DNA from: a bacterium
Lineage (GTDB): Bacteria > NPL-UPA2 > JAUVJM01
NCBI GenBank assembly: GCA_030606215.1
Contig: JAUWGW010000004.1
Span: forward strand, 13,047 to 77,046
Direction: 5' to 3'
DNA length: 64,000 bases
How positions within the stretch are numbered: the first letter of the stretch is position 1; every line of letters starts with the position of its first letter. This document shows positions 38,822 to 48,539 of the stretch, piece after piece. Below the pieces are notes generated by a model. That model was not told the origin of the DNA. It did not search any database and saw only the letters and a list, made by a program, of their open reading frames with translations. The position numbers were made by a program, and so were the translations under genes.

Positions 38822-38871
38822 CCCCCACCTCTTTCCTCCCCCCTCGAGGGGGAGGACTAAGGAGGGGGGGG
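38822..38871. repeat. palindromic repeat family B, intergenic copy
   Basis: CCCCCACCTCTTTCCTCCCCCCTCGAGGGGGAGGACTAAGGAGGGGGGGG; aligns by eye with 29639-29686. Confidence 0.85.
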
Positions 38872-38910
38872 CATAAATGTCGCCCCTACGCCTGGCAACG
38901 GCATAAGTAA

Positions 38911-38947
38911 CGGGCAGGAGAAAAACATTCCTGCCCGCCCCTTTTTG
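38911..38947. terminator. possible intrinsic terminator hairpin downstream of the OMP gene
   Basis: CGGGCAGGA...TCCTGCCCG stem; the T-run is on the + side, so orientation is ambiguous. Confidence 0.45.
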
Positions 38948-38960
38948 CCTTACTCCTCTA

Positions 38961-39491
38961 TCAGAACATCGCTCTTATGCCGAACGAAAGCGAGAGGTCG
39001 CTATCTTCAGCAACTCCCTCGTTAATGAAAATATCTTCAGTTGCAAGCATGTACGTCAGAGCAATGTCAATTGCAACATTGTCTGCAATGAAGTGCTTCA
39101 CACCAGCCCGCGGTCCGTATACAAAAGCGCTTTCGTCCCATGAACCAAGCTCGACCTTGACATATTCAACTCTTGCGCCAACATACGGCACAGTCATCGT
39201 CGCCATGTCAAAATGGTGTTCAACAAAACCACCAAGCTCCCAGCCCTTCGCATCAACCCCGGGACCGCCAGCATCTTCATAGGATAGATAACTCAGAAGA
39301 CCTCCTACCTCAAGCGCATCTCTAATGAAGACACCATAGCCGAAAGACAACTCCAGCTCTGCCCCCGCCGCTCCGTCAGGGTCCCATCCGCCTTCAATTG
39401 AAAACTCCCTGGTCCCTTCCTGGATTGACGGCTGCGCACAAACAAATGTCGCAAGAGCCGCAACCATCGCCACAACAAAATACTTTCTCAT
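38961..39491 (-). CDS. outer-membrane beta-barrel protein (8-strand type)
   Basis: Signal peptide, amphipathic strands, VPYVGA, GVKHFI, C-terminal Phe. Confidence 0.8.
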   Translation of the reverse strand: MRKYFVVAMVAALATFVCAQPSIQEGTREFSIEGGWDPDGAAGAELELSFGYGVFIRDALEVGGLLSYLSYEDAGGPGVDAKGWELGGFVEHHFDMATMTVPYVGARVEYVKVELGSWDESAFVYGPRAGVKHFIADNVAIDIALTYMLATEDIFINEGVAEDSDLSLSFGIRAMF

Positions 39492-40489
39492 TCTACTCCC
39501 CTCCTTTCCTCTATTAATTTAACTACTTTCACAAAAGGCGTAATCTGAATACGCACAAGTTTTCTTAGAATCGGGCGCCTCCCAATAAACTTAGCTGCAG
39601 GTGGACTTACCCGATAATAAAATTCAACAAATCTCCTTCCGAACTCATTCTTAATGAGATATCTATCCCTGAAATCTGATAGAACTTTCACTTCGCCTGC
39701 CAGCTTACTGCCATATACGGCAGTTGCAATGAAACATCCTCCACCCGCTCCACCGCCATCATCATCCCCAGCATACCCAGGCGGATAAAGAATAGAAATC
39801 CCCTGTATATCATCATCTTCAAGAGTGCGTAACAATACTATATCGGCTAAGGTATGCTCCGAAAGAAAATTCGGACCGCTCATCATTGTAGCCTCACAGC
39901 GATCCGGATACTTAGCCTTGAACTGAGCCCATGTCATAGTTGCTGGCGGTTCCGTTTCCCAATCCGTATGAGCCAAACCAAGCATATGCCCTACTTCATG
40001 CGTAACAACCCCCTGGATGTCAACTTTATTTGTCTCTCCGGTCGTTGTCCATTTCCAGTAAATATTGAGTGCTATATCAACTTCATCGAAATAGAGCGTT
40101 TCTGTATCATACCATCCGTAGTACGTCACCCCGTAAGTCCCAGGAACTTCAACTCCAGCAATAAAGCCCTCAGCAGTCCAGGCAATCATATTCACATCAT
40201 CCTGTTCCAAATATCCAGTAGGAAAAGTTTCAGACGTTGTTCCATTATAATTGAAAGAACAAGATGCAGTCGCAACATCCTCCCATGTCTTGAAAGCCGC
40301 ATAAATTGCTCCTACAGGCTCCGTAGCATCCGGGAGCCACCAGTTGCTGATTGTATAATCTATAGGCAGATCATCGGCACTCCAGCGAAGGTAGTTACCT
40401 TTACCTGATTTGAGAAACCCGTATGCATGAGCCGCACCGGCATTGACAATACAGGCTAAAACAAGCACTAAGAGAAATCTTATTCCGCG
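39488..40489 (-). CDS. matrixin-family (M10) metalloprotease with CFI-box-CTERM domain
   Basis: Signal peptide, HEVGHMLGLAH, Met-turn ATMM, Gly linker, GGCFIATAVYGS...FRD.YL...GR.FV..YYR.SPP.A. Confidence 0.9.
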   Translation of the reverse strand, partial: RGIRFLLVLVLACIVNAGAAHAYGFLKSGKGNYLRWSADDLPIDYTISNWWLPDATEPVGAIYAAFKTWEDVATASCSFNYNGTTSETFPTGYLEQDDVNMIAWTAEGFIAGVEVPGTYGVTYYGWYDTETLYFDEVDIALNIYWKWTTTGETNKVDIQGVVTHEVGHMLGLAHTDWETEPPATMTWAQFKAKYPDRCEATMMSGPNFLSEHTLADIVLLRTLEDDDIQGISILYPPGYAGDDDGGGAGGGCFIATAVYGSKLAGEVKVLSDFRDRYLIKNEFGRRFVEFYYRVSPPAAKFIGRRPILRKLVRIQITPFVKVVKLIEERRGVE

Positions 40490-41127
40490 CATTCTAAAAT
40501 TCCCTTTATCTCGCAAACAAATTCAGAAAGAGGTTTGGCCGGAAGTGTTTTCTCATTCAAGATTTTCATTTCCCCCGCATCCTGAACGCAAAGGTTAGAA
40601 AAATTGTTCCGAACCACTTTCTTGCCGCTTTCATCTACAAATATTTCATACTTCCCCTGCGCAAACCCGGAAACTTCATAAGTTCGACCTGTACTACCCT
40701 GCTGTAGTTGCAGAGCTTGCTCTGCTTCCCCTTCCCCAGCCTGTAGTCGCAAAGATTGCTTTGCCTCCCGCAGAAAAACCAGCACCTCCTCACCTTCGTG
40801 AAAATGCGGCATATTACCCACTATCAGTCCCTTTCTCCCAACTTCACCTCCGGGATGCCTCACGACAACCTGTTCGCCTCCACCACCCTTAATATACTCA
40901 TCCACAACTACTGTAACATAAGTATAAATCCATTTTCCCTTTTCATCCCAACTGCATTCTTTCTCAACCACCTTCCCGGTAGCAATCATCTCAGCATTAC
41001 TTACAAGTTCATCAAGCCCCAATCTGAGCATAAGTGCGGAAACAGGAGTTGTTAAAACAGCAACCAAAAATGCAGATATAATAACTCTTGTGACACCGAA
41101 CCCTTGCAGTTTTGCAGTAGTCTTCAT
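40480..41127 (-). CDS. secreted hypothetical protein resembling the N-terminal domain often fused to matrixins
   Basis: Signal peptide; LDELV..A..I.TG.V, IYTYVTV.V.E.IKG, PGGEVG, MP.F.EGEEVLVFL, QGKY. Confidence 0.7.
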   Translation of the reverse strand: MKTTAKLQGFGVTRVIISAFLVAVLTTPVSALMLRLGLDELVSNAEMIATGKVVEKECSWDEKGKWIYTYVTVVVDEYIKGGGGEQVVVRHPGGEVGRKGLIVGNMPHFHEGEEVLVFLREAKQSLRLQAGEGEAEQALQLQQGSTGRTYEVSGFAQGKYEIFVDESGKKVVRNNFSNLCVQDAGEMKILNEKTLPAKPLSEFVCEIKGILECAE

Positions 41128-41234
41128 TTAACTTTCCTTAGAAGTTCAAAATATCGTTGGCGACTGGTTCTGAATCCATCTAATTCAAAAATCCTTATAA
41201 GTGTTTTGTAGTTAATGGGAACGATTTTGGGCAT
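41124..41234 (-). pseudogene. truncated HicA-like toxin remnant (36 aa)
   Basis: ATG overlaps the hicB stop; MPKIVPINYKTLIRIFELDGFRTSRQ resembles a HicA N-terminus but diverges before the G(S/D)H motif. Confidence 0.65.
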
Positions 41235-41518
41235 CAGGTAGCAACATGTTCTATTTTAAGTTCTTCGATAGCTAAAGGTTCAGGAGCTACCCACCGCGGA
41301 ACAGGCTCTGCAAAATGGACAAAACCTGCCTCTTCCAAAATCTCACTCAATGTTTTCATTCTTTCACATTCTTCCAAAAATAAAGAGACCGCTTCAGATA
41401 AACTTGCTTTTGCCTCTTCAGGAGTGTTTCCAAAACTTGAAACATTTAGTTCTGGAGAAACAGCAACATATTGACCATTTTCCTTGAATATCTCTACTCT
41501 GATTATAATGCTTTCCAT
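41234..41518 (-). CDS. hicB: HicB-family antitoxin
   Basis: IFKENGQYVA.SPELNVSSFG.T.EEA..SL.EAV.LFLE. Confidence 0.85.
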   Translation of the reverse strand: MESIIIRVEIFKENGQYVAVSPELNVSSFGNTPEEAKASLSEAVSLFLEECERMKTLSEILEEAGFVHFAEPVPRWVAPEPLAIEELKIEHVAT

Positions 41519-41522
41519 AATA

Positions 41523-43733
41523 TCATCCTCGCATCAAAAAATCTGCAACTTTTATCCATGGTCTGAGCTGTATCCGCACCAGAAATCTTACTAAAGGTTT
41601 CTCAGAAATAAACTCGGCAACAGGAGGACTCACTCTATAGTACCCACTGACAAATGCTCTACCTAAACTATTTCCCAATAAACACCTATCCCTGAATATT
41701 GAAAGAACCCTCACCTCTTCGGAAAGCGCACTTCCGTAACACGCAGTCGCAATGAAACATCCCCCGCCTGGACCAAAACCCTCACCCGCCCCCGGAGCAG
41801 ACCCCGGAGCAGTTCCTGTCCCACTACCATATCCCGCAGTGGGAGCTGCGCTTGCTTCATTTGAATCCGAACTCTCATTATTACTTGTATCAATAGCAGT
41901 CACCACATAGTAGTAAGTTATTCCATTGGTAAGACCCGTATTTAGATAGAATGTAATTGGTGCTGCTACCGAATCTACATAATAATAGTAATTTCCGGAA
42001 ACAATGCTCCTGTAAACATGATAACTGCTCAAATCAGCGTCACCGGGCGCAGTCCAGGATAAACTTACCTCTCCATTTCCCGCAGCAGCGCTCAAGCCAG
42101 TCGGAGCAGAAGGTGCGGTAGTATCATCAGCGTTAGGAGTTGCGTGAGTGTCACTTGAATAACCGCTTTCATTTCCACCTGTATCAACAGCAGTAACAAC
42201 ATACCAGTAGCAGGTGCCATTGGTTACAGAAGTATCCGTATATTGCGATACAGAACTTGTTGCAGTTGCAGCGGCGCCCCAGGCACCACGAGTTATTGCG
42301 CGATAAATATTGTAATAACTGAAATCTGCTTCAGTATTGTCAGCCCAGTCAAGCGTAATTACGCCATCACCAGCAGCAGCAGATAAACTTGAGGGCGCAG
42401 ATGGCGCACCGCTCCCAACCGGTGCCGCACCATACCTCGCACATTTTATACTGCTGCCTGTATCACGCCAGACGACATAGACCTCACCAGTTGAACTTGC
42501 AACTACTGTGGGGTCTTCCTCGCTCCCCGAGGCTGTGTCACTTACGCGAAGGTCAGCTCCTGCCTCTCCACTTTCAACAATCCCATTACCATTAGTATCA
42601 ATACCCCATCTAAATCCCGTTGTCTCATCTACATATGTTGCTTCCTGAAAATAGATATGATTGTCTCTCGTATCCCGCCAAGCCGCATAAAGATGCGTTG
42701 TCCCCGGCTGAACTGCAATTGAAGCCTGGTCCTGGTCATATCCAGCATAACCATCGCTTGCAATTCTTTTATCATCAGCAGTGTAATGCCATGTCACCCC
42801 GCCATCACGAGAATAATCAAAATATACATTCTTGATACCGCTTGAAGCAGCGCACCAGACACAAAAGACCCAGTCACTTCCAACTTTTGACGCCGCTAAA
42901 CCAGGACGCTGTTCCTGAACAGTCCCTGTGCCGCTTACTGTAGTATCAGCCTGCCATGTAACGCCCCCATCAGTACTATAGTCAAACTGAATAGAGTTGC
43001 CTATATATACCCATGCCACATATACATGAGATTCCCCTGATTTCTTAACTGCAATGGCAGGATAACGTGCATGAGGATTATCGCTGACTGCAGTTGGACC
43101 GGTCCAACTCGTCCCCTCATTGGATGACGAGAAGGAGTAAATGTGGAAATTACCTGGGCCACCCTCCTTATTATCCCCAGTCACTACACAAACATTATCA
43201 ATGCCGCTTACGTTCTCAACGGCAATATCCTGTTGAATAACAACCGAGGCCCCGTCTATCCCCTTATCCGCCGCATCCAGCTTCTTACTAAAAGCATATG
43301 GGCCTCCAGGGTGTGTAGATTTGAAACCCAACGCATAGTAAGTACTACTTGTTAGCACTGTATGTATCACATATGCATCCTGGGCATTATTTCTTGCAAT
43401 TCTCGGGTACCATCTGCTGGCGGATTCCACCTTGGCTCCACTACCAAAGCTCGCACCGTTATTTGTTGATTTCATGAAATAAATACAGTCTGCACTGTCT
43501 TTATAATCCTCATAAGTTACATAGATATAACTATTATCATCAATTGCGGCGTGCGGATGTAAAGCATAGGCTGAACTATCAACGGTGGTAGGTGTATTAA
43601 ATGTTCTTGTGGTTTGTGCGGAAGCAATATTCGCATCGGGAAGGAATCTCACAGAAAAGCTTTGAAAAAATAAAAGAGTAAGCGCAGAACAAAAAAGAAT
43701 CAGAAAAGAATACCGCTTTGTTTTCATGGACAC
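41523..43733 (-). CDS. secreted Asp-box (BNR) beta-propeller + 2 fibronectin type III domains + CFI-box-CTERM
   Basis: Signal peptide; SxD/NGGxTW repeats; APSAP..LSA..G.G...L.W..Y.VTA.D...NES FN3 units; GGCFIATACYGS tail. Confidence 0.88.
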   Translation of the reverse strand: MSMKTKRYSFLILFCSALTLLFFQSFSVRFLPDANIASAQTTRTFNTPTTVDSSAYALHPHAAIDDNSYIYVTYEDYKDSADCIYFMKSTNNGASFGSGAKVESASRWYPRIARNNAQDAYVIHTVLTSSTYYALGFKSTHPGGPYAFSKKLDAADKGIDGASVVIQQDIAVENVSGIDNVCVVTGDNKEGGPGNFHIYSFSSSNEGTSWTGPTAVSDNPHARYPAIAVKKSGESHVYVAWVYIGNSIQFDYSTDGGVTWQADTTVSGTGTVQEQRPGLAASKVGSDWVFCVWCAASSGIKNVYFDYSRDGGVTWHYTADDKRIASDGYAGYDQDQASIAVQPGTTHLYAAWRDTRDNHIYFQEATYVDETTGFRWGIDTNGNGIVESGEAGADLRVSDTASGSEEDPTVVASSTGEVYVVWRDTGSSIKCARYGAAPVGSGAPSAPSSLSAAAGDGVITLDWADNTEADFSYYNIYRAITRGAWGAAATATSSVSQYTDTSVTNGTCYWYVVTAVDTGGNESGYSSDTHATPNADDTTAPSAPTGLSAAAGNGEVSLSWTAPGDADLSSYHVYRSIVSGNYYYYVDSVAAPITFYLNTGLTNGITYYYVVTAIDTSNNESSDSNEASAAPTAGYGSGTGTAPGSAPGAGEGFGPGGGCFIATACYGSALSEEVRVLSIFRDRCLLGNSLGRAFVSGYYRVSPPVAEFISEKPLVRFLVRIQLRPWIKVADFLMRG

Positions 43734-43812
43734 GACTTAACCTCCCGTTTCAACCAGTGAACAATCATCCGTGTTGATAGTTGCCTCATTCATGAGACTC
43801 TCCTGCAAGGTA

Positions 43813-43998
43813 AATATTCAGCGAACTACATCCCAACCTGTCATTCTGAGGAGCAACGCGACGAAGAATCTCTCGTAGATTCTTCCCCTTCGCTTCACTC
43901 ATGGTCAGAATGACACGGCGTTTACTCTACGAGATTGCTTCACTTCGTTCACAATGACAAGCGAGGAACCTAGCTCACAACCGCTCTTCGCAATGACA
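43813..43998. repeat. composite repeat: inverted family A element plus GAGATTGCTTC...CAATGACA-type partial units
   Basis: TGTCATTCTGAG...TCAGAATGACA core with flanks matching 3235-3345; further units at 43931-43958 and 43989-43998. Confidence 0.85.
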
Positions 43999-43999
43999 T

Positions 44000-44743
44000 T
44001 TAGAATCTGAATCCAAGCACTGCGCTGGTTGCTTTCTCATCAGAGAAACGCATTTCAACGCCCATAATGTAGTTCTCATCAAATACAAAGTCAAATCCTA
44101 CAAAGAAACCAAAGTTGTCATCGGCAGCAAGCTGCCCGCTCTGTGAACCATATGTCCAGTCAACCTTGACATCTGAGTATCTCACCCCTGCGTGGAAAGA
44201 TGTGGAGCTGAGTTTAAATGGTTCAACGAGTGATGTAGCATCACTCACAACATTCTCAATACACATATATAGGGACCCATCCCATTCCTTCCACTCTGCT
44301 GTCCTGTTGCCTGTCGTCTCCTTCGGCTCAAATGTGAAATACTGCGCCCCTCCTCCAAGACTCAGTCCTAACTTCAAATCCTCATAAAAATTTACTCTGA
44401 ACCCGCCCCCCCAGGCTAAATCCCCTGAATGCGAATAGTTTGTTGAGGCATTTGGATTCCAGAGTTTAAGGTCGGATGAACCAACTTTTGCTAAAAGACT
44501 GATTCTATCAGAAAGCCCGTAAATAATCTTCGCAAGAGACTGTTTGCTTTCTACATCAAGAGCCTGTGTGCCGAATTTACTGTCAGAAAGGTTTCGTCCT
44601 TTCACTGAACTGTATTCAAAACCCATAATGTAACGACCCCTCTCCGGAAGAAACCCGGGATTACCTTCTGAAGCACATTCGACAACCATCGCACACGCAA
44701 GAATCAGAATCCCTGCGCCAAGACAAATACTTATCTTTTTCAT
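44000..44743 (-). CDS. putative outer-membrane beta-barrel protein
   Basis: Signal peptide, alternating hydrophobic strands, terminal GFRF. Confidence 0.72.
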   Translation of the reverse strand: MKKISICLGAGILILACAMVVECASEGNPGFLPERGRYIMGFEYSSVKGRNLSDSKFGTQALDVESKQSLAKIIYGLSDRISLLAKVGSSDLKLWNPNASTNYSHSGDLAWGGGFRVNFYEDLKLGLSLGGGAQYFTFEPKETTGNRTAEWKEWDGSLYMCIENVVSDATSLVEPFKLSSTSFHAGVRYSDVKVDWTYGSQSGQLAADDNFGFFVGFDFVFDENYIMGVEMRFSDEKATSAVLGFRF

Positions 44744-44814
44744 ACGCTACCCCTTTCCACAAAAAATACAGTGACCAGTGATCAATATTCAATGATGATT
44801 TTCATAGTGAAGTC

Positions 44815-44844
44815 ATTATAATCCTTAGCCGAAATTCCTGTCAA
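44815..44844 (-). promoter_or_regulatory. sigma70 promoter heading the secreted-protein island
   Basis: TTGACA-18 nt-TATAAT, both hexamers consensus. Confidence 0.7.
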
Positions 44845-44893
44845 GGAGTTTATCATCAACAGCAAAGTATTTCAAGAAATTAAGGAGAAGAAA

Positions 44894-45595
44894 TTAAGGA
44901 GAAGAGAAACGGTATTTTATCAGGGGCCGGAGCGCTGAGAAACCATCCCTCCAGGTAATTTTTTTCCCTTCTGTAGATTTCCTCCCTTTATAGTTAATCG
45001 GCACCTCAAAAATTTTAACTCCCTTACGCAGGAGTTTTACGGTAATCTCGGGTTCAAAGTCAAACCTGTTTGCATCAAAACTAATGCTTTTTAAGACATC
45101 TGTCTTAAACAATTTATAGCATGTCTCCATGTCGGAAAGATGACTTCCGTAGAGGACATTTGCTATAGTGGTGAGGATTTTATTTGCCCACCAGTGAAGT
45201 GATAGGAAATTCCTGTTCCCACCCATAAAACGACTGCCATATACGACATCTGCCTCACCTTTCAGAATTGGCTGCAGGAGAAGCAAATAATCTTTCGGGT
45301 CATATTCCAGATCAGCATCCTGAATGATTGTAAAGGTCCCTCTGACCTTCTTGAGAGCTGTTCTTATAGCAGCTCCCTTGCCTCTATTTCTTGCATGGAA
45401 AAGGATTTTAATGTGTGAGGAGTCATCCTTCCCCTGGATATATCCCTTCAGTATCTCGCGGGTCCCATCAGTTGAAAAGTCATCAACAATAATCAGTTCT
45501 TTCTCAACAGGCAAGTCCATCACCCGACGGATAATTTCGCGGATAGTCGCCCTTTCATTATATACAGGCATCATAACAGAAAGTTTAGGGTTCAT
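44894..45595 (-). CDS. GT2 glycosyltransferase (DPM-synthase-like)
   Basis: PVYNE, VDDFSTDGT, QDADLEYDP, DMETCYK, EGKKI.WRDG. Confidence 0.92.
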   Translation of the reverse strand: MNPKLSVMMPVYNERATIREIIRRVMDLPVEKELIIVDDFSTDGTREILKGYIQGKDDSSHIKILFHARNRGKGAAIRTALKKVRGTFTIIQDADLEYDPKDYLLLLQPILKGEADVVYGSRFMGGNRNFLSLHWWANKILTTIANVLYGSHLSDMETCYKLFKTDVLKSISFDANRFDFEPEITVKLLRKGVKIFEVPINYKGRKSTEGKKITWRDGFSALRPLIKYRFSSP

Positions 45596-47408
45596 AGACA
45601 TGGTCTGTGCCGAAACTAATTACATGAGGTAAAGAGGATAACCTTTCTTTCATGCTCAGCCACCTTTCCCTTCCGAACCTCTTCGCATGTATTATGGCAT
45701 ATTTTACTCCAAAGCCCTCCAAAAGAGCAATTGATTTTTCTGAAGGAAATTCCTGCATTACTCTATTGATTTCCCAGTAATCCGATGGAAAAAAACCGCT
45801 ATACCCATTAACAAGCTTCTTCCAGTGAAATGTTGACCAGTACATATACCTTGCCTCCATGTAAACTCTTGGCGGCGAGGATGGCATAGGAAGCTCTACC
45901 ACTGCAAAATCTCCTTCCTGCCGTGAAAGCCATCTGTAAACTTCCGGGACTCCTCCTGGAAATAGATAAAATCGAAAAGGGAAGCAGGAATACTCTGCAA
46001 TTAACAAAAGCAGAATCAAGGCGCATATTACTTTTCTCCAGCGCAGCAAACCGGCTTTAAGAAAATTCCTGATGCCAAAACCAGCCAGCACACTTATACT
46101 GAATGTTACCATCATTCCCCAGCGTGCAGCAACACGAAGGCTCTGGAAAGGCGGGAAAAGTTTATAAAACATTCGGTACAGAAAGAAAGCAGGACCGAGG
46201 GAGAGGATAAATGTAAATATAAGCAAGAAAAGATAGAACCTCTGGTTTTCTATAACCATGCGATTGCGAATAAACCGGCAGAGGAAAAACGGTTCCTTGC
46301 GGCGAAATAAGAAGTAACGAATAACAAAAAGAAGTGCAGTAATCATAACGGGGTTGGTCATCCGGTGTGCGCTAAAGTGTAGTCTGCCTATATCAAATGA
46401 AAATCCGCCGGTAATAAGAATAAATAAACCAAAAATCAAACTGATGATGATGAGAATGTCTATAAAATAAAATTTTAATTGAGCTCTTTCTCTTCTTTCC
46501 CGCCGTGATATAAACCCGTAGACACTCAGGAAAATCGCAAGAAGCCCCGGGAAGAGTCTTTTCTCATGGTCTCCGAAAATAATACTGAAGCGTTTATAGA
46601 GATGATTGGAAGGTGAAGCCGCCAGATAACTCTCCACATCTGCGGAGTAATGCTTCACTTCCGAAATAGAACGCACAAAATTCATTTCCTTCTGAACACG
46701 CGCGTAGGGTTTGTAAAAAGGATATAGTGAAATACCGGCAATGAGGATAAAAAGGAGAATTCCGGCGAAATTCTTCCTCGTGAGTTTTCTCCTGAATATA
46801 AACCACACAAACATACAGCCAATACTTACACTCAAGAAAACTGCATAGTAGCCGCATGAAAGACACTGAAGCACAAAAAATAATGTAAAAAGAAGCAAAT
46901 CTTTATATCTTTTTTTGTCAAAAAATTTGTGTAAATATAAAAATGCAAACGGCATCCAGTGATTTGTTAGAAGCTGGAGATGGGCAACATGGTCAAACCT
47001 ATACGGGCAGAAGGCAAAAATCATACCCGAGACAATCCCGGCGAATCGACTGCCTGTCAGATACGATACAAGACAGTACATCCCAAACCCCGCAAGAATA
47101 AATGAAAGCAAAAAAACTGTATTGTAAGCAAGCATTGGTTTTCCCGTGATTACTATGACAGGTAGAGCAATCAGGCTGCTTGCAAAGAGATGTTCAGAAT
47201 AAGCGAGAGCGGACTTATGTGGATGGAAAATGTTTGCCTCGAACAGGGATAAAGGTTCATTTAAAATCTGATGCACATCCCAGGCAAGTATCCAGGTATT
47301 GAGAAGGGGGTCCCCAACATCACTTATCGCTCTATCCATATTGAGGATGAGGGGATATGTAAGGAGAACGGAAAGAATGCAGAAAAAGATAAATGCAAAA
47401 ATCTTCAT
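45585..47408 (-). CDS. polytopic GT-C-like (YfhO-like) membrane protein
   Basis: GDPLLNTWILAW, ANIFHP, AYSEH, LRVAARW, LVNGYSG; many TM helices. Confidence 0.75.
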   Translation of the reverse strand: MKIFAFIFFCILSVLLTYPLILNMDRAISDVGDPLLNTWILAWDVHQILNEPLSLFEANIFHPHKSALAYSEHLFASSLIALPVIVITGKPMLAYNTVFLLSFILAGFGMYCLVSYLTGSRFAGIVSGMIFAFCPYRFDHVAHLQLLTNHWMPFAFLYLHKFFDKKRYKDLLLFTLFFVLQCLSCGYYAVFLSVSIGCMFVWFIFRRKLTRKNFAGILLFILIAGISLYPFYKPYARVQKEMNFVRSISEVKHYSADVESYLAASPSNHLYKRFSIIFGDHEKRLFPGLLAIFLSVYGFISRRERRERAQLKFYFIDILIIISLIFGLFILITGGFSFDIGRLHFSAHRMTNPVMITALLFVIRYFLFRRKEPFFLCRFIRNRMVIENQRFYLFLLIFTFILSLGPAFFLYRMFYKLFPPFQSLRVAARWGMMVTFSISVLAGFGIRNFLKAGLLRWRKVICALILLLLIAEYSCFPFRFYLFPGGVPEVYRWLSRQEGDFAVVELPMPSSPPRVYMEARYMYWSTFHWKKLVNGYSGFFPSDYWEINRVMQEFPSEKSIALLEGFGVKYAIIHAKRFGRERWLSMKERLSSLPHVISFGTDHVYEP

Positions 47409-48532
47409 TGGAGGTACTTGAAGCGGGAAGGAGTTTTAATTAGCTCCTGGTAAAGTTCCATTGTTCTCTCGGCTATCAGTTTCCAGGATACAGCTTTTCT
47501 GACATATTCTCTCGCGTTTCTTGATAACTCATTCCTTAAAGCATCATCCGTTAGAATCTTTACGATATACTCTACAAACTCCTCATCACTCGCTGCGACA
47601 AGACCGCACTTTATCCCTGTAGCTGCTTCTCTCAGACTCCTCACGTCAGGCGAAACAACTACAGGAGCTCCGAAAGCAAGACAGTGCGCAAAAATTCCGC
47701 TCTGCGCTCCTTTCCGATACGGCAGCGGGACGACATCAGCGGCTGACATAATTGTATCAAAAGTCTCCTGCGAAATTTGTCCTCTCACAACAAGAATTTT
47801 TTTAGAGGCGGGCGAATTCTCTGCCAGGCCTAACAACTCATCCCTATAATCATGATATTCATCCTGCCGAAGCTTGCTCGCAATAACGAGAACTGCTTTT
47901 TCTACTCTTTCTGCTATCTGCGGGAATATTCTGATTATTCTATCCATCCCTTTTGTCCGACGGAAATATCCGCAGAGAAGAACCACTTTCGCATCTTCAT
48001 CTAAACCAATTTTCTTCTTCGCCTCCGGCACCGGTTCAAGCTCCCTTGCACCATGGGGAATAACCCGGATATTGTCAAACTGCCCAACTTCCCTCAGGAT
48101 AGCAGACTTCTGATATTTCTCGTGGACGATAACTCTCTCAGCTCCCATAAGAATGGCATCCAGCACAATTCTTCTCTCCTTCGGAATCTCCTCGTAGACG
48201 GTATGCAGGGTAATAACAACGGGAATACCCGCAAGTTTGAATCTATATACAAGAGGAATACAGCTTATGCCTTCAGGTTTTCCGAAGAGTAGAAATTCAT
48301 GCTGGATATGAACAATATCAGGAGTAAATTTGATCATCATCCTGAAAACCTTTTTAGCCAAATCGGTGTCTTCTGAATCAAAAGCAGGATAGACTTTCTC
48401 GCCTCTTCCCCCGAACTGACTTACTATATAAAGTTCATGCCCGAGAGCGGTAAGCCTGTCTGTAAGATATTTAGTATAAGTAGCTATCCCGCATTCAATA
48501 GGCGGATATGTAGAAACAACACCTATACGCAT
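47405..48532 (-). CDS. GT4 glycosyltransferase
   Basis: STYPPIECGIATY, HIQHEF, IPHG, QSG, PVVVS. Confidence 0.9.
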   Translation of the reverse strand: MRIGVVSTYPPIECGIATYTKYLTDRLTALGHELYIVSQFGGRGEKVYPAFDSEDTDLAKKVFRMMIKFTPDIVHIQHEFLLFGKPEGISCIPLVYRFKLAGIPVVITLHTVYEEIPKERRIVLDAILMGAERVIVHEKYQKSAILREVGQFDNIRVIPHGARELEPVPEAKKKIGLDEDAKVVLLCGYFRRTKGMDRIIRIFPQIAERVEKAVLVIASKLRQDEYHDYRDELLGLAENSPASKKILVVRGQISQETFDTIMSAADVVPLPYRKGAQSGIFAHCLAFGAPVVVSPDVRSLREAATGIKCGLVAASDEEFVEYIVKILTDDALRNELSRNAREYVRKAVSWKLIAERTMELYQELIKTPSRFKYLQ

Positions 48533-48539
48533 TATTCAC

